From: Lytechinus pictus
Lineage: Eukaryota
Direction of reading: 5' to 3'
DNA: 64,000 bases
NCBI RefSeq assembly: GCF_037042905.1
Contig: NC_087252.1
Span: 9,116,001-9,180,000, forward strand
Part shown: positions 25,201 through 38,800 of the stretch, piece by piece
Layout of the letters: each line of letters opens with the position of its first letter
Position numbering within the stretch: the stretch's first letter is position 1
Position numbers and translations under genes: made by a program
The notes under the pieces: model-generated
What the model was told of the DNA's origin: nothing
What the model saw: only the letters and a program-made list of their open reading frames with translations
Databases searched by the model: none

Positions 25201-27823
25201 GGAAGACAACAGGCAGGACTTTGAGCCAGAAGTTTGTCAGATAGTCAAGGACAATTTCTATGTCGATGACTGCCTGAAGTCTGTTCGCTCTACAGAGGAA
25301 GCGATAAGGCTCATTCCTCAGTTATGCAGCCTACTAAGAAAAGGAGGATTCAGACTAACAAAGTGGGTCAGCAATGACAAGGAAGTGTTGGAAACAGTCC
25401 CTCTTACAGAAAGGGCTGCATCGGTAGTTGATCTAGATTTGGATCATCTTCCAATAGAGAGAACACTTGGAGTCTTATGGAACATGGACTCTGACATGTT
25501 TAGCTTCAAGGTTTCTCCCAAGGACGTACCAGCAACAAGAAGGGGTATACTGTCCGCCACAAGCTCCTTGTATGATCCACTTGGATTTGTGGCACCTTTC
25601 ACAGTAAATGCAAAGCTTCTTTTGCAGGATCTTTGCGCCCAAGGTCTTGGCTGGGACGAGAAGATCAAGGACCAGGACTTGCAACGCTGGCGAGCCTGGC
25701 TGGCTGAGTTACCAGCGTTAACCTCAGTACACATCCCCAGATGTTTCAAGCCATCTGACTTCAAGGACCCTGTCTATGATCTCCATGTGTTCTGTGATGC
25801 GTCAGAAAGAGCATATGCAGCATGTGCCTATCTACGGATAGAGGATTCTGGTCGCACCCACAGTGCACTTGTGATGGGGAAGACAAGACTTTGTCCTCTG
25901 AAGAAGATGACAATTCCCAGATTGGAGCTGTCAGCAGCAGTACAAGCGGTAAAGCTGGGTCGAACCATCATGGAAGAACTCAGGCTACCAGTGAGGAGCG
26001 TCACATACTGGACTGACTCTACCTCAGTGCTGCTGTACATAAGGAATACCAGTAGGAGATTCCGTACATTTGTGGCAAACAGAGTAGCTGTCATTCAAGA
26101 AAAGAGTGACACTTCACAGTGGCGCCACGTTGATACCAAGAGCAATCCAGCAGATGATGGCTCAAGAGGATTGCATGCAGGACAACTATCAAGATGGATC
26201 CAAGGACCAAACTTCCTTCTAAAGCAAGAAGAAGACTGGCCGGAAGCATTCCTAACCCCGACTGACCAGAGAGTATTGCCCGCTCAGGACCTCAAGGATG
26301 ATCCTGAGATGAAGAGGACTAATGCCATATCAATCAAGCCTCAAGACAGCATTGGTAATCTGATCAGTCGCTATTCAACCTGGAATAGATTAAAGAGAGG
26401 AGTAGCTTGGATCCTTCGCTTCAAGGCACACTTGATAGCCCGCACAAAGAAAAGTACATCTCAGAAGACTACAGATTTGACACCTTCCGAGTTGTCGGAA
26501 GCTGAGCTGGAAATAGTGAAGTACATTCAGAAGGATGCCTTTCCAGCTGAGTTTGAGAAGAACAAGAAGTCAAGGGTTGAACAGTCCTCCATGAAGAAAT
26601 TGAACCCTACCCTAGTTGATGATGTCCTTAGGGTAGGAGGGAGATTGGACAGATCACCTATTGACTTTGATGCCAAACACCCCATGATATTGCCAAGCAA
26701 CCATCATGTGACCAGACTGCTCATTGAGCACCACCATCATGAAGTTGGTCACTCTGGTGCAGGCATGACATGGACGGCACTAAGGTCGAAATATTGGATC
26801 CTGAAGGGGGGTTCCACTGTTCGACGGATCATAGGGAAATGCATTCAATGTAGGAAGAGGAATGCACCAAGAGGAAGGCAAATGATGGCTGACTTGCCGA
26901 AAGAAAGAGTGACACCTGGCAGGCCGCCATTTACCTTCACCGGAGTCGACTACTTCGGGCCATTCAGTGTTAAGCAAGGACGGAGCCAGCCAAAGAGGTA
27001 TGGCTGTATATTCACTTGTTTGACAACTAGGGCTGTACATCTGGAGATAGCCAACTCCTTGGATACAGATTCATTCATTAACGCTCTTAGAAGATTTGTA
27101 AATCGCAGGGGGCTACCTGAGAAAATCTTTAGCGACAATGGCACAAACTTCAGAGCAGGACATAAAGAACTAAAGCAGAGCCTAGCAGAGCTCAACTCAA
27201 CAAAGGTGGGTCGCTTTCTAACTCAGCGAGGGATTGAATGGGCGTTTAATCCTCCGGGTGCAAGCCACATGGGTGGTGTTTGGGAAAGAGTAATCCGGTC
27301 AGTTAGGAAGATATTAGGAAATCTTCTCAAGCTTCAGACTGTAACCGACGAAACTCTAAGCACACTCATGTCTGAAGTAGAAGCAATCCTAAATGCTAGA
27401 CCGTTGACACCCTTAAGCGCGGATCCTAAAGACGAGGAACCGCTAACTCCAAACCATCTTCTTCTCATGAGAAGAAATCAGTCACTTTCACCAGGGGTAT
27501 TTGATAAGAGTGATTGTTATACTTGAAGAAGATGGAGACAAACTCAATATCTGGCCGGACAGTTCTGGAGGCGTTGGACAAAGGAATACCTTCCCTTGCT
27601 CCAAGAACGCCAAAGGTGGCTTAAACCACAAAGAAACTTCCAGACTGACGACCTTGTACTCATAGCTGATGACACTGCTCCTCGTGGGCACTGGCCACTA
27701 GGTAGAGTGACTATGACCTACCCAGACAGACACGGACTCGTTAGACAAGTTGAAGTTAGGGTAGGATCTAAATACTATAAACGACCAATTTCTAAATTAT
27801 GTTTTTTAGAGAGCAACGATTAG
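22262..27823 (+). CDS. BEL/Pao Gag-Pol polyprotein, interrupted by an in-frame TGA at 27524-27526
   Basis: Knuckles CPCC..H..C, CFNC..H..C, C..GC..HHTLLH; protease ALLDHGSDVSL; RT WYLPHHPV, RVVFDC, FYVDD; RNase H HVFCDAS, TIPRLEL; integrase H..H/CIQC, GVDYFGP, SDNGTNF, GGVWER; frame resumes after the stop with RRWRQTQYLAGQFWRRW...RPISKLC. Confidence 0.95.
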
Positions 27824-28044
27824 GATACATTGACATACGCCCGACATAAGACCTAGTAGGGACCACACCCTCCTTATTATTGTTACATTAATGATTGTTG
27901 TAAGATTGATTTGATGTATATTTTAATTTCATTGTTGTTTTTTATTACTATGTTATGTTTATATCGTTAAGTATGGTATTGGTTAATGATGCCGCTTTAC
28001 ATGTTTATGGTTTAATGAAATGAGTAACTGGTGGTTGCCTCATT

Positions 28045-28056
28045 TGGGGCCGGGTA
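28045..28056 (+). other. polypurine-tract-like plus-strand primer site
   Basis: TGGGGCCGGGTA immediately before the 3' LTR. Confidence 0.7.
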
Positions 28057-29689
28057 TGTAGCGGCATGAATATAATTTGGTATATTTGCCATTATTATGT
28101 ACTGTTTACATGCATGTATCTTGTATACAGAGTCAGTGGAAAAAGAAAGTAAAAAATGTCAATGCCAGATTGTACACAGCGCATTGCTTATTGTGCTCCT
28201 TGATTCCAAGAAGTCCAGGAGAAGATGAGTCATATGGGTGAAGCATCACCCAAAGTATAGAACAAAGAAAGTAAGATTCAGAAGTTGCAAAGATTCAGAA
28301 GAAGATAGTCAAGAAATTGTATTTATTCCTATAAATTGTGAAATTCTCCAGGATTGCAAACAGTTGGTAAGTTTAAATTGCATTATTTTCAAAGTTTATA
28401 TATGTGCTGTCAATTATTCCATAATACTGGGTTTCATAAGTCATTCACATTTATGTAATTTTGGCTCAAATTTGAGTGATGGAATTTGGCATTTTGCTCT
28501 CTATCGAGCATTACTTCATAATGTATACATGTACACACAAACCAATAGAAGGTGATTGGTGTTCAGTCAGATTTAATTACTATTAATATGTCATAAAGAG
28601 ATAATTATGCTTCGTATTATTGTGTGCTATTATGTTCACATGAACTTATTCTTAATTTGATTACACAAGAAGATTATATTGCATTTATTTTCTGAGAGTG
28701 ATATATAATGCTCACTTCATTTAGTTGTAAGTAGTCAACTGGTGTTATATATTGTGTAGGGTGGTAGGGTCTCCTAGCTTAGGCATGAGATCATTGGGTT
28801 ATTACTCTATTACTATATTATGTTATTATAAACATATCTAAGTACTGTTTGGTTTAGTTTAGGAATCACATATATTATGATTCATCATGGTTTATTATTA
28901 TTTAACCAGTTATTAGTAAGTGTCTGTTATATATTTTCTGTTTGCCCATATTAATTTCAGTATTATTTGCTTTAAGATAATAAGGGCATTAAAGGGATGA
29001 AGATGTTTATTAACTATAATTAAAATTATTAGGCCAACAAGATAATGAGTTTATATTGCACATATTCAGATTTAATCTGATATTGATTACAGTTATTGAT
29101 TACCAATTTATTATTGTTTACCAAACAACAATTATTCAACTCAAATAATATGATCAATTATTGAGGTTTCCTTTAATCACGTTAATATCCTTGACCGTTG
29201 TATATTGCATTAGTATCATTGAGACTTATTCCCTGTGGGTATATAAGAAGTTATTTACAAGTTATTCAGTCATGTTTGAATTATGTTACTGTTGGCAAAT
29301 GAATATTAACACTGTGTTTATATGTTTATTTGTTTATTCAGCGAACCGCTCAATTACCGCTCAATTACCGCTCAATTACCGCTCAATTACCGCTCAATTA
29401 TCGCTCAATCGTCGCTCAATTGTCGTGCAATTGTTGAAGTACTGGTTGTTGACAGTTGATGCTGGTTAAAGGTTTCTTCGCTGGTCGTTGGTTATGTCGA
29501 CCTAGAAACTTCATTACAAGGCCGTATTTGATGTCAAGTTGTTGATTTATGTGTCGTCATTATTACGGAAGAAGTTGAAGAAGGAATAAACAGACAAGTA
29601 ACTGTAAAGCCGTTGTTTGAGTCTTCAATTAGCGTGTTCGAACTAAGCAATTAAGAATTTCCACGTGTAGTTTAAGAAAGGCAGCTACA
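28057..29689 (+). repeat. 3' LTR
   Basis: Near-identical to the 5' LTR; two mismatches seen by eye (21499/28947, 22024/29472). Confidence 0.97.
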
Positions 29690-30617
29690 CAGTGTCTCCG
29701 GAAAAACTACTCTGTTACAATCATCCACTTCTCCAATATTTTGTGTCGTTTTACACCATGTAGTGTACATGTCCCTAGTTCCTGCTTTGTTATTGTAGTT
29801 AATTTGCTAGTTAAAAGGTACACCTTCACTCGCGCACATACACCCAAATATAAAATATGATAACTGATCCACTTACCAGATAAATTTTCCTTTGGCAGGG
29901 CATTGCACTGTGTTTGCCTCTTTTGGCAGGAACGTGGTTCGTATTATTCTCCATATTTCGTTAGCTTCTGCTGGACTGACCACTGCAGCTAGGGCAGAGG
30001 CTGCTGGCAGAGGGATGGATTGAAAGGGGGTGGATGGTCGTGGCACAATTTTTAAGGTATATGGTTGGTCGGAACATGGTCTGAATTGCGGAAGCAATCC
30101 TATATTGCTTTGGTTCAATTCTGCTTTTAAATAACGGTGTTCTAAGGTGAAAGTGTCCTTGACTTTTAAAGGCCAAGCCTGTGGTTAGTCTAATACCAAT
30201 GTATTTAATCCAAGTGATACATGGATTAATTGGCTTGAAGCGGGGGTTGGTTATAACTATAAGATGTAATGGAAACAAGCCACATCTCCAGTTAAAATTC
30301 CATCGGAAGTATTTTGGAGGAACTACAACCAAGTACTAAAGAGCCAATCTCCTCTTACCGACTCTATGCGTGTAGAGAAATCCGACAGACAATCCTCCAA
30401 TATACATGTATTCAAAGTGTTCCAATTTTTGCACGTTCCCAGTATTTGTATGTGTACGTGTATACACAAAACTACACATCTACGGTGTCGATCGGTATTC
30501 TTGGTTGGGGGGGATGATTGACACAAATGTTCTTGTGGATGGGGATCTTTCAACATTACCCCCACTAAAATCACAAGTTAGGACATTTGGGAGTGGTTGA
30601 TATGCATGGTGTTCTTG

Positions 30618-31716
30618 CAGTGGCGTACCGTGAGTCACGGCATTGGGGGGGTACCAGCAAAATTTTTGAGTCACTTAGTGAGCGCGTAAAGCGCGCTCAG
30701 TTGCCAGGTATACTGACCTTATAGGGACATTTTAAGGACAGAGCCATTAAACGGATATGTATCTCACTGCTCAAATAATGCGAGCGCGAAGCGCGAGCTC
30801 AAAATGTTTGATATGCAGACCAAAAAAGGACATTAAAAGCAAATTTTTGTAGTTATGATACATACCTGTCTCGCTAAACAAACAATGCGAGCGCGAAGCG
30901 CGAGCTGAAATTTTTGTAAATATTTACCCCAAACAAGGACATGTTAAGGACTATATTTTAGGAATCCATTAAGAGTATACATATCTCACCATAGTCATCT
31001 AATGCGAGTGCAAAGCGCTTGCTGATTTTGCTACATCTAAACACATGAAGCACTTTTTGTAGTCATTGTAATCATGATAATACGCATCTGACTCAAATAT
31101 TGCGAGCGCGAAGCGCGAGCTGAAAAATTAGGATATTCAGACCTGAAGAGAAGCATTCTAAGGCCTGTTTGTAAGAATTCACTAAGACCATACGATACGT
31201 ATTTCACTAAACAAATGATGCGATCGAAAAATGTTGATATTCAGATCAGAAAAAGGGACATTTTAAGGACTGATTTTTAGGAATTCATGAAGATCAGTCA
31301 TATCTCACCAATCTACTAGTGCGAACGTAAGCATGGACAGGAAATGTTTTATATTAACACCTTAAAATGGGGCAATCACTTTAAGTAGTCATGAAAAAGA
31401 ACCATATGTCACTACATAAAACAATAATAAGTCGAAGTGCGAGGAAATATATTTATTGTATATTAACTTAAAAACGTTAAACAGACAATGCGAGTACCGG
31501 GAACAATGAAGAAATCTAGGCCTGAGCAAAATAAAGTTATGAAAAAATGTTTCTTATGTATTATAACATAACATTATTATAATATAACATTATAATGAAC
31601 AATAATTTCTTCATTCCCACTACGTTTCTCTTCCTTTCTCCTCTTCCCCATTTTTTTTTGCCAGCCGATTGGAGGGCACGTGCCCCCACGCCCCCCCCCC
31701 CGTAGTTATGCCACTG
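30618..31716. mobile_element. hAT-type non-autonomous element
   Basis: TIR CAGTGGCGTA / TATGCCACTG; perfect 8-bp TSD TGTTCTTG; internal ~110-120-bp repeats with GCGAGCGCGAAGCGCGAGC. Confidence 0.88.
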
Positions 31717-34154
31717 TGTTCTTGGAAATTCTTTCATTGTTGCAGTGTACTGTACTTATACATGTTTTTGAAAATTCAATTGGTGTTACAAGTAAGCCTA
31801 TTCTAAACTCATACGAAAGAAAAAATGACAAAAATTGTCTGGACCATGTACAAAGTGATCTGTTTATTGGACATGATGTATACAACTTCTCTCTTAAATC
31901 TAACCCAACTGGCGATATATTTTTTCTTCTTAATGCATGATGATAAAATTAAGACTAGCACAAATTACAAACTGTGTGGCTTCTTGTGCGCCATCGGGCT
32001 TACCGTCATTCCTTAGACGATTTTAACCCTGGATTTTAACATGTTTTAAATGCTTTATAAGTGCATAAAAAAAAAAAAAACATAAAAACAATCAAAACTC
32101 AACTGTCATGTTATGATATTTCTCCAACATTTTCTTGAACCATCAGTGTGTAATATCAGCTAATATATGTGTTAAAATGAAATTTACGTACCGCATGGGT
32201 GTGCTCATATAGAATGCAAAACTGTCATCCCTTTCCAAACTCAAAAGAGATTTCTTTTTGCCAAAATAAGAAAGAGCCAATCAAGTTTAGTTATTCAAGT
32301 CCATAACAATAACAAGAATAACATGGAAATAAAAATCCGATGTTCATATCCGAAGATACGCTTTAGAGAGAAATGAATGATTATTCTTTCTGAAACCATT
32401 AATTGATTTCACTTATTAAAAATTGTAAAAATATGATCATATTACCACTGGTGGGATGGAACACCCTATCAACAAAAGTTGTTTTTTGTCGGGGTCCTTT
32501 TATGTCATGTGTTAAAAAATATCATATACGTAAACATTTCATTCTTTTTCATTTTGAACCTCCACCCATCTGTTTAAAAGTCCTGGAAAAGAATTTTTTT
32601 ATTCAATAACAATATACACAAATTGCGAGGGAAACAAACTGATTGATGGCATACTATAATCATCACTATAATCATCATGATCAAACCCTTACATTTTTTC
32701 ATCATCATTATTATAAATTTTCTACCCTAAATTATTGGGGGGGATAATAATACAGGCCATCCCCCCCACTTGAAATATTGGGGGGGATATATCCCCCCCA
32801 TCCCCCCCGTGATCGACACCCATGCTACACATATTATTATCACAAAACTTGACGGAGAAACGGTAGTACGATAACTTGTATGTGAGATGAAATGGAAGAC
32901 ACAGTGGATGAAGTTAATTTGCTCCAAGTGAGATGATGGAATTTTGACGACGTTCTCAAAATACGTATACTAAAGTAGAAAACTTTGAGAAGCGTGCCAA
33001 AGAAGAAAGTAGTAGTTTTCATCTCAAATGTGATGTAGGATGTGAACGGAGAGGGGAAAGAGAGGTACCAATTCAGAGAATTTATAGTGAGTCACAGGTG
33101 AGTGTGCTGTGTGAGGGTCATTATTGACCACTTGTTGGCATGTTTATTGCTAAGAAGTGGAAGTAACTGGTATCCAAGGGAAAACGATGGGCAAAGTTGA
33201 GAAATGAAAAAGGATAAAATTTGGAAAATACTACAAGCTTTTTTAAACCAACTGGTTATTTTGGTGAGTGGACAAATTGGAAATTAGGCCATGTGGATAG
33301 TGGACGGGCTGATAGTAAATCATAATTATGATAGTAGACGAGTTGGCATTTGGAAGAATTGGCTTTAGACCAATTTAAAATAAAGGGCGATCATCTTCAA
33401 TGCCAAAATTTTTATTCATCCGAGGAAAGCAAATGAGAAAACCAGTGGTTTTTTATTATAAGAACATAAGAAAAACAGCGGGATATACTTATTTTTGCCT
33501 GTAATATACCTATATGTTTACACCTTGGTCAGCTCGTTCTACAAACGTCGCGGTCTCACAAGATTGCCCGGTCTCCTGATAGAAGCAACATGTAGAATGA
33601 TTTGACTCTATTCTCTACAATACTCTATTGTGTTATACAAGGCAGCTCGTGATCATTGGGGTGTATTCTTTTGCAGGCTATATGCATGCTGAGTATCCAA
33701 TTAAGTAATTTAACGATGTTGAAGATGTATTCGGATGTTCACAAAGTGCTCCAAATGCAAGGTTTTACTTCAAAATGTTATACCTGGTCACCACAGTCCC
33801 TCGTAATAAAAGGGTGTCATTACATGAAACCCCGTATCTTGCTATGTTTATAAAACCTTTTTGCATTCAAGGTCTCTAAAATTTGAGCACATCGCTATTT
33901 AGAAAAAAATCCTTAACGCAAGAATCATATACAACCCCCCCCCACCATTATCGTTAAATGCCCTAACACCCATCAGGGTGTTCTCAAGCATTTTAATAGT
34001 GTGATTTTTTTTTCGCTCGGTCGCTACGCTCGCTCGCATATTAAAAACATTTTAATGGAGGGGGTGTACAGCTTATTGGTCAGTATAAGGCTACCAACAA
34101 TAGGTCATTTTCACTGTAATGAGTAAACCAACGCCAAAATTTTCTCAAGCGCCC

Positions 34155-34750
34155 TGTTGCTGGTTGCACCCACAGATGTAATAATCGCCCACAAATGAAA
34201 TAACGCCCACAGATGTAATAACACTTTACCCACAAATGTAATAACGCCCACAAATGTAATAACACTTTACCCACAAATGTAATAATTTCACCCATTAATG
34301 TAATAGTGCACTTTACCCACAAATGTAATAATGTTTGATCGCCCACAAATGTAATAATGACTTTACCCACAAATGTAATAAATTTGAAGGGATTTTTGGC
34401 TAATCCGTTCTAAACTAAAATCCTATAGTAATGGCTTCATAAAGCACAAAAGTGCAAAGTCTTTGTTGGAGATAAGTCCAAAGTCTTTTTCCAGACTCGG
34501 TTGTTTAAAAAATTATGATATACGTCCAAAGTCTTATTTCCAGACCCGGTTGTTTAAAAAAATATTATATAAGTCCAAAGTCTTTTTTCCAGCCCGGTTA
34601 ATTAAAAAACTATTGTATAAGTCCAAAGTCTTTTTTCCAGACCCGGTTGTTTCAAAAAGTGAATTATTACATGTGTGGGTAAAGTGTTATTACATTTGTG
34701 GGCGTTATAACATTTGTGGGTAAAGTGTTATTACATTTGTGGGTGCAACA
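34155..34750. mobile_element. non-autonomous element with TGT...ACA ends and subterminal tandem repeats
   Basis: TGTTGC(TGGTTGC)ACCCAC / GTGGGTGCAACA; CGCCC on both flanks; CCCACAAATGTAATAA arrays in inverted orientation at both ends; four ~45-50-bp internal repeats. Confidence 0.8.
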
Positions 34751-35896
34751 CGCCCCACAAAAAAAAATCGTCTAGAACCGCGCCCGTTCGTACTGTGTCT
34801 TATCACTATGGAGAGGCATTATTAGCACTCGAACGTATTTCTATTTCAATGAATGGAAATAAAATTATCCAAATGATGAAATGAGTGATTGATTTTTATA
34901 AGAATCATGTTCAAACAATCAATCTTGTATGACTCGGTAATGACATGGTAAACGATTGTTAGTCACACCATAGAGCTATGGTCACATCAGCTATTGCCAA
35001 ATCTGTAAAGATTAAAATATTGTAGATTTCAAACAATAAAACACAATAGAACTGGTCAGTGAGAGACATCGTCGATTCTGTCATTTGCATGTGACTAAAT
35101 TGTGCATATACCAGTGTTATACTGTTTTGTGAAAAATAAACTAAACTTTAAAATGTCCCAACTTTCTCATTCTACATCCGATTTTGATGTAATTATTTTC
35201 AGCATTATTCTTGTCTGATTTTTCTTTATTGATTCAAATTCAACTATTTTTTGAGATTCCCAAACTATACTATATCCCTCAGTGTGTAATAGCTGTATGG
35301 TCACATCATGGACCTATTAGTATGTAGGTAATCTATTCAGCATTGAGAAACCATTCTCGACCTTCTTGACCCTTAGCCCTTTTTATGGATATTTCAGTGG
35401 GAAAACAAAGGTGTCATCTGTCTCTAAATATGGGTTAACACTCCCCGAGTCGAGTCCCAAAGTACTATTTCTTCCGCTTTTCAGCAAGCAATTTTTAAGC
35501 AAAGACTCTCCTCACGGGCGGAGGCATTTAATTCGTGTCATGCTATATGAAAATTTTCATGCGATGAAACGTTTCTATATCGCTGCACATCCATCTCCTG
35601 TGTTGTTTTGAATATCACTGAAGTTTCTTAATCATGCAAAAAAGGAAGCGCTTATTATGAGCGAAATTACATATTTTTGGCCAAGATAAATCACAGAGGT
35701 TTCCATGCCTCGCATGCATGGAAAGTAAAAGTCCCGCATCTAGCATGCATCATCCCTTTCATACTTATGTTGAGCTCTTTTTTCTTCGTAAATCGAGTTA
35801 TATAAAAATATCAAAACTAGAGCAGAATAACATGGTTAAAGTTTCAGAGAAAGTTTTAAAATTCAGAGCTTCAACGCCATTCGAGTATTGCTCCCA

Positions 35897-38800
35897 TTGC
35901 ACATTTCACCGAGAATCAAGTGAAGATTATTTATATGAATCACATAGATAGCTGGGCATACAATTTACATGACATCCATTAAAAATGATTTGCATATTTG
36001 AAACGGATTAAAGAGAACACAAACACAGTCGTGTAATTCCCTATCAGGACAACACATCACCGCGACACTTCCAAAAGTATAGGGGTTCTCAAATGTAAGA
36101 TCTCGATAAATTCAGAGATTCAGTCATGCAGATGGAGTTATTTTAATTGAACCAAAAGCCTTTTTTAAATGAATTTGCATTTGTGAAAGGTGGGCCTGAA
36201 CTGCTGTGATAGCAAACAGTAAGTTGTCAAAATTGTTGGTGGTTGGTAAGACACTCTTCAACATGTTGGCCAACACAGTGTCCACACAATTCAATTTTGT
36301 GTAGTTTTAAACCAATAACATGAATAATGTGTGCTTTGGGTAAAAAAAATCACAGTATTGGTTGAAAACTACCCATAGTTGGATAATTTTTGTATCCAAC
36401 TGTTGTATGGACAATAATATGTTACCCAACATTTTAAGAGTGTATTTTCAGTTATTATCATGAAAAAAATACAGTCCTTTTCAAAAGAAGATCTGGTTGA
36501 TACTATAAAGTGGATATGGATCAAGATTATTAATTTTTATTCAAATTATAGCATTTTTACAATTTCATTTGGGAAGTCTGCCAAACTTTGGTTTGAACGC
36601 ATGTTTTTGAGAAGTGTATACTACACGTGTGAACCTGTAAATTGAACGTAAGCAACAGTGAAGTATAATTAGACAAGGAAAAACATCATATTCACTCTTT
36701 TACCAGTCCATGCATAATCATAATGAAAAAATGTTGGCCTTTTGACTTCAAACATCGCAAAATGACAATATTTCAGAAGTTCTTATACATTGTATCCAGT
36801 CTTAAAAGATGGAAAAGAATACACTATAATATCCTTGTATTATGGTATAAAGTCATGTTACTTTTAAACTATTTTAACAAAGAAAATAGTTACAATAATT
36901 CTATAATGTTCATACTGAATCAATGTTCAACCAAAGCGGGCGTAAAATTTCAAAACAGAAATATTTGTTAAAAAATCAGCAAATGCAAATAAAATCATAT
37001 AAATGATGAAATAAATTATTGATATGTCTAATTAATCAGCATAAAAATCAACCTTGTACGATTTGTTTTTATCAAATAGCGAATGCTTTGTTATGGATGC
37101 TGGAGAAAAGTTCATTTTCTTAGACAGCTTTTGAAATATTCTCATTTTCATATAGGCCAAAACATGTTGCATGTAATTTCAGAGGAGCAAATTTAACGAA
37201 AACCCTGTTGAAATGACATTTGATTATATTGTCAAACGGGACAATTATACGGATCTTATCGAAAAGGAGAAAACATTAATATTATGAATAGCTATAAATC
37301 TTTCAAAATATCCAGCAGGAATGAGGGCCGACCCGGACTGTAATTCCCCCGGAATTCACGGCGGGATGTGTCAGGCGTAGCCGTAGAAGCAGCAGGCTGG
37401 AATTGCAAGGCTTGACATGACTTAGAATTCTTTGCACATTTTACAGAAAAATCAAGTGAAGATTGTTTATATTAAAAATTTGCATATTTGAAATGGATTA
37501 AAGAGAACGCATACACACGTACCTATAGTGTAATTCCCTATAACCATGATAACATAACAACACATCACCGTGACCCTTCCATGAAGGGGGTTCTCAAAGT
37601 GTATAGGCTAAGGGATATCTAAGAAATAAAACAGATGCCTATATAACATATATAATATATACGCGTAAGATATATACACGTAAGATCTCGATATATCAGA
37701 GATTCAGTCATACAGATGGAGTTATTCTAAATGAACCAAAGCCTTTTAATTGAATTTGTATTTGTGAAAGGTGCACATGGGCCTAAATAGCAAACAGTTG
37801 TCAAATACTGTTGGTGGTTGGCAAGATATGATACTCTAGAATATTTCCCACACTCCTAAAATGTTTGGCAACATGTCATGCTGTCCACACAACAATTGGC
37901 TAAAACTTTATTCAATTTTGTGTAGTTTCAAACCAATAATGTGTGCTTTGGGTGAAAAATACAGTACTGGTTGAAAACTGCCCAGAATTTGATTTTTTTA
38001 ACCAATTGTTGTGTGAAAGTTTGTTACCCAACAGTTTAAGAGTGTATTTTTTAATAATTATTATAAAAAATAGAGTCCTATTCAAAAGAAGATCTGGTTG
38101 ATACTATAACGGGAATATGGATCAAGATTATTAACTTTCATTTAAATTATAGCATTTTACAATTTCATTTGGGAAGTCTGTCAAACTTTGGTTTGAATGC
38201 ATGTTTTTGAGAAGTGTATACTACACGTGTGAACATGTAAATTGAACGAAAGCAACAGTGAAGTATAATTAGACAAGGAAAAACATCCCATTCGCCCTTT
38301 TACCTGTTCATACATAATATAATGAAAAAAGTAGGCCATTTGACTTCAAACATCACAAAATGACAATATTTCAGAAGTTCTTATACATTGTATCCGGTCT
38401 TAAAAGGATGGAAAAGGAATACACTATAATATCATTGTATTATGGTATAAAGTCATGTTACTTTTAAACTATTTTAACAAAGAAAATAGTTACAATAATT
38501 CTATAATATTCATACTAAATCAATGTTCAACCATAGAGGGCGTAAAATTTCAAAACAGAAATATTTGTTTAAAAATCAGCAAATGCAAATAAAATTATAC
38601 AAATGATGAAATAAATTATTGATTTGTCTAATTAATCAGAATTAAAAAAATCAACCTTGTACGATTTGTTTTTATCAAATAGCGGATGCTTTGTTATGGA
38701 TGCTAAAGAAAGGTTCATTTTCTTAGACAATTTTCAAATAACCTCATTTTCATATAGGCCAAAACAGGTTGCATGTAATTTCAGAGGAGCAAATTTAACG

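Larger units (their letters stand above)
20609..29689 (+). mobile_element. full-length BEL/Pao LTR retrotransposon
   Basis: Two 1633-bp LTRs TGTAGC...GCTACA, 5-bp TSD CAGTG (20604-20608, 29690-29694), single gag-pol ORF in PR-RT-RH-IN order with three Gag zinc knuckles. Confidence 0.97.

Noticed and set aside
27824..28056. env-like third ORF in the BEL element
   Set aside because: Only ~230 bp of AT-rich non-coding sequence lies between pol and the 3' LTR.
34165..34745. CRISPR-like repeat-spacer appearance
   Set aside because: Eukaryotic context; the spacers are tiny and repetitive; the arrays are inverted subterminal repeats of a TIR element.
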